Below are positions 19,449-27,597 of a DNA stretch of 64,000 nt, piece after piece; within the stretch, counting starts at the first letter, position 1, and every line of letters starts with the position of its first letter. The DNA comes from Alphaproteobacteria bacterium (GTDB taxonomy: Bacteria > Pseudomonadota > Alphaproteobacteria > SHVV01). A program made the position numbers and the translations under genes. The stretch covers positions 357,728 through 421,727 of the forward strand of contig OZ253470.1 of NCBI GenBank assembly GCA_965261735.1, given 5' to 3'. The notes beneath the pieces were generated by a model. It saw only the letters and a list, made by a program, of their open reading frames with translations. It searched no databases and had not been told where the DNA came from.

Positions 19449-19894
19449 GGGGCTTATATACATGACTAGACACAACGTAAGAATAGGAGAAGTTGAAATA
19501 TGCGGTCAATAAAAGGATGCTTCATGCTCGTCGTAGCTTTCGTTTTGACGCTCAACAACTTCTTCTACGCCGTCAATCCCGCGGCGGCCAAGCCCATATT
19601 TGATTGGATCGACCCTTTCGCAGTCGTCGCCCTCGTACTCGTTTTCATGGAGAAAATCCTCGGTTCGATGCGCGGCGAAACCGAATGGCCTCGGCTCGTA
19701 GTAACGGTCCTGGTCGGGGCGCTGGTTCATTTATACGCCTACAATTACTTGGCGAAGATGGCAGGCAGTGGACTGGAGAGCGGAACCATGTGGCTGGTTA
19801 TGGTGCCGTTTACGGTTTCCTTGCTCATCTATGAGGGCTTTTTGCTGATCCGCGAAGCCAAATAAGGACTTGTCTAGTCATGTATATAAGCCCC
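19449..19894. mobile_element. non-autonomous TIR element carrying one passenger ORF
   Basis: Perfect 24-bp terminal inverted repeats GGGGCTTATATACATGACTAGACA (19449-19472; reverse complement at 19871-19894). They are flanked directly by the 8-bp direct repeat TACTTTTT (19441-19448 and 19895-19902). No transposase is present. Confidence 0.65.
19500..19865 (+). CDS. small membrane protein (about 4 TM helices), passenger of the TIR element
   Basis: 121 aa with AGGAGA 8 nt upstream of the ATG and four hydrophobic stretches. No family recognised. Confidence 0.55.
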   Translation: MRSIKGCFMLVVAFVLTLNNFFYAVNPAAAKPIFDWIDPFAVVALVLVFMEKILGSMRGETEWPRLVVTVLVGALVHLYAYNYLAKMAGSGLESGTMWLVMVPFTVSLLIYEGFLLIREAK

Positions 19895-20078
19895 TACTTT
19901 TTCACGGAGGCTGGAGAACGCCGATCGGACAGCAGAAAGAGCCTCCGATGCGAAGGCAGCGGAAGCGATCATACATTGCGCACCGGCAGGAACTGTCGAC
20001 GGTTGTGGCGTTGACGTCGACCAGTCAGAAGATACGATCTGCGCTTCGCATCCATCCCCGTCTCAAGTGAGGAGTGTA

Positions 20079-20768
20079 ATGAACTTGGGCAGACTCTGTA
20101 AGGCAGCCACCGTCGGCCTTGCCCTGAGCATGCTGGTGAACACTTCAGTGGATGCCGAGGCGCCGAATGCCGTCGACGAGATCCGCAAACTGTACGCGGA
20201 ATTTCAGACCTTCAAGAATGAAGATAAATTCCGCAGGGTCGGGTACGGTCGGTGCTGCAAATACTACCAGTGGATGAAGGAAGTCGAAGGCCTGCGAGGA
20301 AACGATGCTGGCGAATTTCTTCGGTCGTTCGGGATCCTCCCTGGAGAACTGATCTCCCTCGGGATGGAGTACTACCAAGGTCGCGGCAACCAGGGTGCAG
20401 CCAAAATGTGGGAGGCAAGCGTCGCGGCAATACTGAACCCGAAATCTGCCGAACGCTCGATCGATGCAGAGAACGACGAACCTGACCGGGTGATTGGACG
20501 GTGGGAGGTGCACATTAATCGGACTCTTTGGGAGAGCGTCACGATCCAGACCGTGGGCGGGAAACCCCTGTACGCCGGTGAATTCAAGGACGGATCGAGC
20601 CGAGAAATCGAACTCGTCGAGATACACGCGAAAGTAAGCGAGTTGCGAAGGTTCCGAGGCGCCGAAGGCTCGTCGTGGGATCCGAACGAGCAAGTAGCAA
20701 TTTCAAACGGTGGGAAGCTCAAGTTCTACGACGAACTCGGATACATCCGAACAGCGGAGCCACGCTGA
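20079..20768 (+). CDS. hypothetical secreted protein
   Basis: Start chosen at MNLGRLCKAATVGLALSMLVNTSVDAEA (signal-peptide-like), preceded by GAGGAG. Composition is protein-like. Confidence 0.55.
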   Translation: MNLGRLCKAATVGLALSMLVNTSVDAEAPNAVDEIRKLYAEFQTFKNEDKFRRVGYGRCCKYYQWMKEVEGLRGNDAGEFLRSFGILPGELISLGMEYYQGRGNQGAAKMWEASVAAILNPKSAERSIDAENDEPDRVIGRWEVHINRTLWESVTIQTVGGKPLYAGEFKDGSSREIELVEIHAKVSELRRFRGAEGSSWDPNEQVAISNGGKLKFYDELGYIRTAEPR

Positions 20769-20883
20769 AACGCCGTTTCGCATGGTCCGTTTGGCACCGC
20801 CGTATCAAGTGTATCCCGCGCATACTAACGAGAACTGATTCAAGAGAGTGCATTGACCAAGTCGTCGCCGGCTTGGCGATTGG

Positions 20884-21141
20884 TTAGTGGTACTCGACGC
20901 GTGGCGCACCGAAGATGCGTGTTTTGGCCGTAGCTAGATGCGCACGGCCGTAGAAGGCCTCGACTCGCGCGACCCTCACGCCGCGGTCGGTCATCCACCG
21001 ATTGAGCAACGTGAGCATGAAGTCTTCAGCGTCCGGAGTCTTAGCGCGAAGCGAGAACGCCACTTTGTGCGTGACCATGATCGTTAGCTGGTTGACCGGG
21101 GCATCGCCACCGTGGACGGATGTCGCAGCACCGCAGATCAC
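20884..21141 (-). CDS. hypothetical protein, possibly the C-terminal remnant of a gene cut by the IS21-like end at 21156
   Basis: The ORF abuts the IS21-like terminus. No family recognised. Confidence 0.3.
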   Translation of the reverse strand: MICGAATSVHGGDAPVNQLTIMVTHKVAFSLRAKTPDAEDFMLTLLNRWMTDRGVRVARVEAFYGRAHLATAKTRIFGAPRVEYH

Positions 21142-21155
21142 GTTGCGGATCGAGG

Positions 21156-21585
21156 TGGGAACGGCGGTGAGAAATTAGTCCACGGTAGCGGCGGGATTGT
21201 CTCGCTGCGGGCGGAGCAACACTCTGCCACTTGAGCCCTTTCCTGAGCCCTTTCCGGCGACGGGGAGGGCGTGGGCATGCATACCGTGGAACTTTATCGA
21301 AAGGTTCGTCTCGCTTGCCGGGACGGAATGAGCGAGCGCGCCGCGGCGCGTCATTTCGGGATTTCGCGCGAGAGCGTAAAGAAGATGCTGTGGTTTTTAG
21401 GTGCCTTCGGGCTATCGGCGGACGGCACCGGTTAGGCGCCCGAAGCTGGACGGGTTCACCGAGATCATCGACCAGTGGTTGAAGGAGGATCTGAAGCAGC
21501 TGCGCAAGCAGCGCCACACGGCTAAGCGTATCTTCGACCGGCTTCGCGCCGAGAACGGGTTCAGCGGCGGCAACGTGCCCTAAAG
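21156..21585 (+). pseudogene. IS21-family left end with frameshifted istA N-terminal fragment
   Basis: The terminus TGGGAACGGCGGTGAGAAATTAGTCC is similar to the left end of the full IS21 at 54626. MHTVELYRKVRLACRDGMSERAAARHFGISRESVKKML starts at 21277. After a frame change it continues as GYRRTAPVRRPKLDGFTEIIDQWL..HTAKRIFDRLRAENGFSGG, and the element ends abruptly. Confidence 0.7.
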
Positions 21586-21839
21586 GCCCGGATGGCGAAA
21601 CTGACCCCAACCCGACAAACCATGCCGCCCTGCGGGCAGCCGGCGGGCGCGGACCGCTTGAGCTCTGCATGGCTCGGCTGCCCGCTCCTGCCCAAAAACC
21701 CTCGCACCGCATCTCCGAATCCCAGTCTCACGCCAAGCTCAGTTCACCAGCCCAGGGGGCAGTCTTTTGGGCCGCCCTTTCGCTGAATCTTCAACCGGCG
21801 TTGACAGGCTTTGTGTGAAAATTGCCCCGCCCGCAGCCA

Positions 21840-22120
21840 TCACATCCGCCTCAAGGTCCAGAGGACCTTTCCGACGATGTGGGCGTCCTGGGCGAGGCAT
21901 GTGTAGGGTTCGTACGCGGGGTTGGCGGAGATCAGCCTGAGCCGGGGCGGCTCGGCGTTGGGCAGGACCTCGACCCGCTTGACCACGAGGCCGGTGCCGT
22001 CCCACAGCACCGCCGTCTCGCCGGTGCCGGGGGCGCGGCGGGTCACGTCGACCAGCAGCCGGTCGCCGTCGGAGACCAGGGGCTCCATCGACTCGCCCCG
22101 CGCGCGCAGGACACGGAGAT
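21840..22120 (-). pseudogene. S24 (LexA/CI-like) peptidase C-terminal domain fragment
   Basis: GESMEPLVSDGDRLLVD..LVVKRV contains the Ser and Lys catalytic motifs. The upstream reading runs into AT-rich sequence with no HTH domain. Confidence 0.6.
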
Positions 22121-22363
22121 AACTGGGTTCGTTATGTATGATTTTATACCATTGATTTAATTGATAATTTATATGTTTTCATTTCTTCCGTAAGCGGAAC
22201 GCAAGCGAATTCGATCAAACTACAGCGCTTGCGGGCGCATCTCTGACGTAGCTCCCGCTTAACAAACGGGGGGGCATTGCTGCGCCCCGCCCCTCACAGA
22301 CGTAGTAACGATTCGGTCATGCCGGGATGAGCGGGGAAGAGCGCGCCCGCCGGGCGCTGTAGG

Positions 22364-22590
22364 TCAGCGTCGTTTGACGTTGAGGGGGAGTGCGGCGAGA
22401 CCTCGGACGACAGTTGATCGCCGGTAGCGGGGCACGGCCGTAGCGAGTTCGATGGTGCCGAGCGTGCGGAGCGCCTCGGTAAAGACAGCGCTTGCTTCCA
22501 CGCGCGCAAGTTCGGCACCGATGCACTGGTGGACGCCGTGTCCGAACGATGTGTGCCGGAGGCCTCTTCCACTGCGATCAGCCGGATTGA
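22364..22590 (-). pseudogene. cytochrome P450 C-terminal fragment
   Basis: The minus-strand reading HTSFGHGVHQCIGAELARVEASAVFTEAL..LPLNVKRR* contains the FGxGxHxCxG heme-binding loop. Only about 70 residues are present. Confidence 0.7.
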
Positions 22591-22671
22591 TCCTTCCTCG
22601 CCTTTTCTCCAGCGTTGAAACGCGATAGTCTTGGCGCTAGATTTCTGACAAACTGGCTTGGAGACACGAAC

Positions 22672-23268
22672 ATGCGCGGCCTTCCCAAGCGCATCATGGA
22701 GTATGCCGAGGCCCTTCCGGAGGCCACGCCGCTGTGTCCGGCCGCCCTGCTTCATCTCGGCAACCGGGCGGCGGTCGACCAGGCTTTGTGGCGCCTTGCC
22801 CGTTCGGGCCGGCTCATGCGGATCTGCCAGGGCGTCTACATGCGCCCGGTCGAAACCCGTTTCGGCCTTCGGGCGCCCCGTGTTGGCAAGGCGCTGGCCG
22901 CGCTGTCGAAGATGTGGGGTGAAACGATCGTGCCGTGCGGTGGCTCCGCGGCCAACTGCCTGGGTCTGACCACGCAGAATCCGGTGCGCGCGGTCTATCT
23001 CACCTCCGGTCCCAACCGCCGGTTGCACTTTGGCTCGTCCATAGTCGAGCTGCGTCACGCTCCCCGCTGGCAACTGGCGGCCCCGCACCGCAAGGCGGGA
23101 GACGTCATCCGCGCTCTGGCATGGCTCGGTCCCGAAGAGGTCGAGAACAGCCTCGAAGCGGTCCTGCCGACGCTCTCCGAGGCGGACCGGGACGAGCTCG
23201 CGGCCGCGCGAGCCGTCATGCCCATCTGGATGGCGGAACCGGTGAGCACGCGCCTTTCGCATGGCTGA
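22672..23268 (+). CDS. abiEi: type IV toxin-antitoxin system AbiEi-family antitoxin-like protein
   Basis: 198 aa from MRGLPKRIMEYA (GGAGA upstream). Size, the RLARSGRLMRICQGVYMRP block and its position directly upstream of, and overlapping, an AbiEii gene fit the AbiEi/DUF6088 type. Confidence 0.7.
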   Translation: MRGLPKRIMEYAEALPEATPLCPAALLHLGNRAAVDQALWRLARSGRLMRICQGVYMRPVETRFGLRAPRVGKALAALSKMWGETIVPCGGSAANCLGLTTQNPVRAVYLTSGPNRRLHFGSSIVELRHAPRWQLAAPHRKAGDVIRALAWLGPEEVENSLEAVLPTLSEADRDELAAARAVMPIWMAEPVSTRLSHG

Positions 23269-24283
23269 GACGCGATACCAGGACCTCTCGGCCGACGACA
23301 GGCGCGACGCTCTGGAAGTGGCGGAGCGCAGCGGCAGCCATAAGGCGCATCTTCTGGAGAAGGATGTCTGGGTCGTCGCGACGCTCGGCGTCCTGTTCGA
23401 CGCGCCGTTCTCCGGTCACCTGACCTTCAAGGGCGGCACGTCGCTGTCGAAAGTATGGCGCGCGATCCGCCGATTCTCCGAAGACATCGACATCACTTAC
23501 GACATTCGCGCCTTCGCGCCAGACCTGGTTTCCGGCGCCGGCGCCGAGGCGATTCCGCCCACGCGCAGTCAGGAGAAGCGGTGGACGCGGGCAATCCGAG
23601 ACCGTCTCGCCGAATGGGTTCGCGATCGGGCCTGCCCGATCGTCGAAGAAGGGCTTGGACGTGCCGGTTTCGTGGCGCGGATCCGTGCCGAGGCGGAGCG
23701 GCTCTACATCGGATACGAGCCGCTGTTCGAGGAGACCAGATTCGTGCGTCCGGAGGTCATGGTCGAGTTCGGCGCCCAATCCACGGGCGAACCGCACAGA
23801 ATCCTGTCGGTCGTGTGCGACGCGGCAGCTTACTTGCCCGATCTGGCGTTTCCCGAGACGCGCCCGACCGTCATGCTCGCGGAACGCACCTTCTGGGAGA
23901 AGGCGACCGCCATCCACGTCTTCTGCCGCCAGGAGCGGCGCCGGGGCCAGCGCCTGTCGAGGCACTGGCACGATCTTGCGCGCCTCGACGAGGCGGGCAT
24001 TGCGGCGAGCGCGCTGGCCGACCGTGCGCTCGCGCTTTCGGTCGCCCGCCACAAGGCCATGTTCTTCGCCGAGAACGATGCCCACGTTAACCGGATCGAC
24101 TATGAGGCGGCGGTCTCGGGAGGCCTCCAACTCGTTCCCGCAGGGGCCGCGCATGCGGTACTCGCCGACGACTACGCGAGAATGCTGGCCGACGGCATGC
24201 TGCTCGACGAGAGCGAACCGTTCGATGCGCTGATGGAGCTGTGCGCCGCGATCGAGACGAGAGCAAACGGACAGAAGGAATGA
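23261..24283 (+). CDS. abiEii: nucleotidyltransferase AbiEii/AbiGii toxin family protein
   Basis: LTFKGGTSLSKVW and SEDIDITYD are NTase motifs typical of AbiEii. The start overlaps the abiEi stop (ATGGCTGA). Confidence 0.85.
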   Translation: MAETRYQDLSADDRRDALEVAERSGSHKAHLLEKDVWVVATLGVLFDAPFSGHLTFKGGTSLSKVWRAIRRFSEDIDITYDIRAFAPDLVSGAGAEAIPPTRSQEKRWTRAIRDRLAEWVRDRACPIVEEGLGRAGFVARIRAEAERLYIGYEPLFEETRFVRPEVMVEFGAQSTGEPHRILSVVCDAAAYLPDLAFPETRPTVMLAERTFWEKATAIHVFCRQERRRGQRLSRHWHDLARLDEAGIAASALADRALALSVARHKAMFFAENDAHVNRIDYEAAVSGGLQLVPAGAAHAVLADDYARMLADGMLLDESEPFDALMELCAAIETRANGQKE

Positions 24284-27200
24284 CAGCGCTCTCCCCCGAA
24301 CCCGGCCGGATTGCGCTGGTGCGACAGCGCCGATATCTCGTCGAGAACGTGACGCCGCCCCCATCGCTCGACGACGCGACGCTGGTCGATCTTTCTTGCC
24401 TCGACGACGACGCGCAGGGCGAACCTCTTTCGGTGTTGTGGGAGAATGAGCTCGACGCCCGCGTGCTTGAGGACGACGGCTGGTCTGGGGTCGCCGACAA
24501 GGGCTTCGACGATCCGATGCTGTTCGCGGCCTATCTCCGTACGCTGTCGTGGAACTGCGTGACGGCAACCGACCCGAATCTCTTTCAGGCGCCGTTCCGT
24601 GCCGGCATCCGCATCGACGCCTATCAGCTCGACCCACTGCGCAAGGCGCTCAGGCTGCCGCGCGTCAATCTGTTCATCGCCGACGACGTCGGGCTCGGCA
24701 AGACCATCGAGGCCGGACTCATTGCGCGCGAACTGCTGTTGCGCCGCCGCATCGACCGGATCGTCGTTGCGTGTCCGCCCGCGATGCTGGACCAATGGCA
24801 GGATGAGCTGGAGGCCCGATTCGGTCTCACTTTCGCCATTCTCGACCATACATATGTGACGCGAATGCGCCGCGAACGCGGCTTCTCGGTCAATCCCTGG
24901 ACCACCCACTCCCGCTTTCTGATCTCTCACCGCCTTCTCGTCGACGAGGCCTACGCATCAGGTTTGCGCGACTGGCTTGGCGAGTTCGCCCCCCGATCGC
25001 TCCTAATCCTCGACGAAGCGCACAACGCCGCCCCCGCGAGCGGCGCCCGGTACGCAATCGATTCGCAAATCACGCGCGCCGTACGCGACATCGCGCCTCG
25101 TTTCGAGCATCGTCTGTTCCTTTCGGCGACGCCGCATAACGGGCATTCGAACAGCTTTTCTGCCCTGCTTGAGATTCTCGACCCGCAACGCTTCTGCCGT
25201 GGGGTTCGCGTACTCAAGGGGCAGCTCGACGAGGTGCTGGTCCGGCGCCTCAAGTCCGATATCCGGGAGCTCGAAGGTGGTTTTCCGAAACGCTCCGTGG
25301 TCCCGGTCGAAATCGACGGGCTGCCAATGGACGCGCCTGAGCTCGTGTTGCCGAGGATGCTGGATGCCTACCGCCTTGAGCGGGAAAGACGGCTCAAGAA
25401 CGAATCGCGGTCGCAGCAGACGGCTGGCGCATTGGTGATTGGCGGGCTGCAAAAGCGTTTGTTGTCATCCATTGAGGCATTCGCGAAAACGCTCTCGGTG
25501 CATCGGAAGAGTGTGGAACGCGCGCTGGAAAGGGCGGAGGCAGCCCCAGCGATCTCGGCTGCGCTGCGGGCCGATCTCGAACGATTGACCGCCGGCGCGG
25601 ATCCCGACACCGAAATGACTGGCACGGCCGATCATGACCACGAGGCCGGCGGCGAGATCGGCGAGCCGGACGATGCCGAACGATCCGATCCGTCCGAACT
25701 GGGATTCGATGATCTGATGACGACGGCGACCGCGGCATCGACAGACAGCAGCCGGGCGGAAGCACGGACGGCGTTGATGAGCGAACTCGCTCTTGTCGAC
25801 GAGATGCTCGATGTGGCCGAGGCGAGCCGCTACGACGCCGATCCGCGCGTTCGCAAGATCATCGATTGGATCGAGGCAAATATGTGCTGGGGGCTGTCGG
25901 CGCCCGGTGCCACACCTCCGCGATGGAACGACCACCGCCTTCTCATCTTCACCGAATACGAGGACACGCGACGTTGGCTCCAACGCTGCCTGAATGAGGC
26001 GATCGCGTGTTCCGACGGAGCGTCCGAACGGATTGCCGCCTTCACGGGGATGACCTCCCGCCACAGGCGAGAAGACATCAAGCACGCCTTCAACACTGAG
26101 CCCGGCGACCACCCGCTGCGCATTCTCATCGCAACCGACGCCGCACGTGAGGGGCTCAATCTACAACGCCATTGCCATGACCTTTTTCACTTCGATCTGC
26201 CCTGGAACCCGAGCCGTCTCGATCAACGCAACGGCCGTATCGACCGCAAGCTGCAGCCGGCCGACGAAGTGTTCTGCCGTTACTTCGTCTATTCCCAGCG
26301 GCCCGAGGACCACGTTCTACAAGTATTGGTAAACAAGATGGAACGCATCCGGCAAGAACTCGGTAGCGTCGCGAAGGTCCTCGAGGGGCGCATTGCACGG
26401 ACCATCGGTGCACAAGGCATGCAACGCGACGGGCTCGACAAACTTGCGGCCTTCATCGAGGATCTGTCGCCCGGAGAGCAACAGCGAGCCGTCGACGACG
26501 AACTCGAGGATGCGCGTCTTCGCCAGGACAGGCTGCGCGAAGAAGTCGACGGCCTCCGCACCCGACTGGAACGTTCGCGCACCCATATCGGTCTCACCGC
26601 TCCACAGTTTCGCCAGACCCTGTCAATGAGCCTGAGGCTCGCCGGCGCTCCCGGAATCGCGGAGGCGGATCGGGACGGGGAGCAAGAACCCGACACCCCG
26701 CGCCGTTTCATCTTTCCAGCCGACGATCACGCGCTCGCGAGCGACTCCGGCTGGACCGCGGCGCTAGATGCCTTGCGTGCGCGCAGGCAGAGAAGGGAGA
26801 ACTTCGGCGAGTGGCGACGGCGGGCCGCCATTCGGCCAGTTACTTTCGAGGACACTGGCCGGCTCGGCGAGAACGCCGTGCAACTCCATCTCGAGCACCG
26901 CGTGACCCGGCGCCTGCTGGCCCGGTTCACCGCACAAGGCCTGATCCACCACGATCTGTCCAAGGCCTGTCTGACCTTGGCTCCCGATGCGATCCCGCGG
27001 GTCGTGCTGCTCGGTCGACTCGCTGTTTACGGACCGCGCGCTTCGCGCCTCCACGAGGAGATGGTGCCGGTGACGGCACGTTGGATCGATCCCGAACGGC
27101 GGCAGGACGCGCTCGCGCCCTACGGCCGGGCCGGCGAGCAAACGACAATGGCTTCCCTACAGACGGCGCTCGACGAAGCCGGGCAAGACAGAGTTCCGGA

Positions 27201-27594
27201 CCAAGTCCGGAAACGTCTCGCCGTGTCGGCGCAAGCCGATATCGCGGATCTCCTCCCGCATCTGGAACGTCGCGCAGCCGACTTCGCCGAGCAGGCGAAG
27301 AGACGCCTTGCCGAACGGTCGGATGCCGAAAAGCGCAGTATGATCGAATTGCTACAGCGCCAGCGGAAGAGGATTGCCGAGACCGCCGGCAAGGACGACC
27401 GACAACAGATGTTCGACTTCGATGAAGCGGAACGGCGTCAGCGCGAAGCCGACCGTCGCGCCTGGGCCCGGCGCCTTGAAGCCATCGAGACCGAACTCAA
27501 GACCGAGCCGCGCCGGATCGCCGACACGTACAGGGTAAGCGCCATCCGCGTCGATCCGATCGGCCTCATCTATCTCTGGCCGCGGACGGGATAG
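24280..27594 (+). CDS. SNF2-family helicase, DISARM DrmD-like
   Basis: It carries the motifs ADDVGLGKTIEAG (I), LILDEAHNA (II), LFLSATPHNG (III), ILIATDAAREGLNLQ (V) and WNPSRLDQRNGRIDR (VI). The N-terminus PGRIALVRQRRYLVENV and the position directly upstream of a giant N6-MTase match DrmD as I recall it. The start is taken at MTALSPE, where the ATG overlaps the abiEii stop (ATGA). Confidence 0.8.
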   Translation: MTALSPEPGRIALVRQRRYLVENVTPPPSLDDATLVDLSCLDDDAQGEPLSVLWENELDARVLEDDGWSGVADKGFDDPMLFAAYLRTLSWNCVTATDPNLFQAPFRAGIRIDAYQLDPLRKALRLPRVNLFIADDVGLGKTIEAGLIARELLLRRRIDRIVVACPPAMLDQWQDELEARFGLTFAILDHTYVTRMRRERGFSVNPWTTHSRFLISHRLLVDEAYASGLRDWLGEFAPRSLLILDEAHNAAPASGARYAIDSQITRAVRDIAPRFEHRLFLSATPHNGHSNSFSALLEILDPQRFCRGVRVLKGQLDEVLVRRLKSDIRELEGGFPKRSVVPVEIDGLPMDAPELVLPRMLDAYRLERERRLKNESRSQQTAGALVIGGLQKRLLSSIEAFAKTLSVHRKSVERALERAEAAPAISAALRADLERLTAGADPDTEMTGTADHDHEAGGEIGEPDDAERSDPSELGFDDLMTTATAASTDSSRAEARTALMSELALVDEMLDVAEASRYDADPRVRKIIDWIEANMCWGLSAPGATPPRWNDHRLLIFTEYEDTRRWLQRCLNEAIACSDGASERIAAFTGMTSRHRREDIKHAFNTEPGDHPLRILIATDAAREGLNLQRHCHDLFHFDLPWNPSRLDQRNGRIDRKLQPADEVFCRYFVYSQRPEDHVLQVLVNKMERIRQELGSVAKVLEGRIARTIGAQGMQRDGLDKLAAFIEDLSPGEQQRAVDDELEDARLRQDRLREEVDGLRTRLERSRTHIGLTAPQFRQTLSMSLRLAGAPGIAEADRDGEQEPDTPRRFIFPADDHALASDSGWTAALDALRARRQRRENFGEWRRRAAIRPVTFEDTGRLGENAVQLHLEHRVTRRLLARFTAQGLIHHDLSKACLTLAPDAIPRVVLLGRLAVYGPRASRLHEEMVPVTARWIDPERRQDALAPYGRAGEQTTMASLQTALDEAGQDRVPDQVRKRLAVSAQADIADLLPHLERRAADFAEQAKRRLAERSDAEKRSMIELLQRQRKRIAETAGKDDRQQMFDFDEAERRQREADRRAWARRLEAIETELKTEPRRIADTYRVSAIRVDPIGLIYLWPRTG

Positions 27595-27597
27595 ATC

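Noticed and set aside
19449-19894. Interpreting the inverted repeats as an invertible (phase-variable) promoter or gene switch
   Set aside because: The 8-bp direct repeat immediately outside both repeats indicates a transposition footprint. No adjacent invertase gene is present.
23216-24637. 473-aa minus-strand ORF, and similar ones at 27673..28530, 28810..29892 and 24172..24930
   Set aside because: They are antisense to the AbiEii, SNF2 and methyltransferase genes and show low-complexity Arg/Pro-rich translation. These are shadow ORFs.
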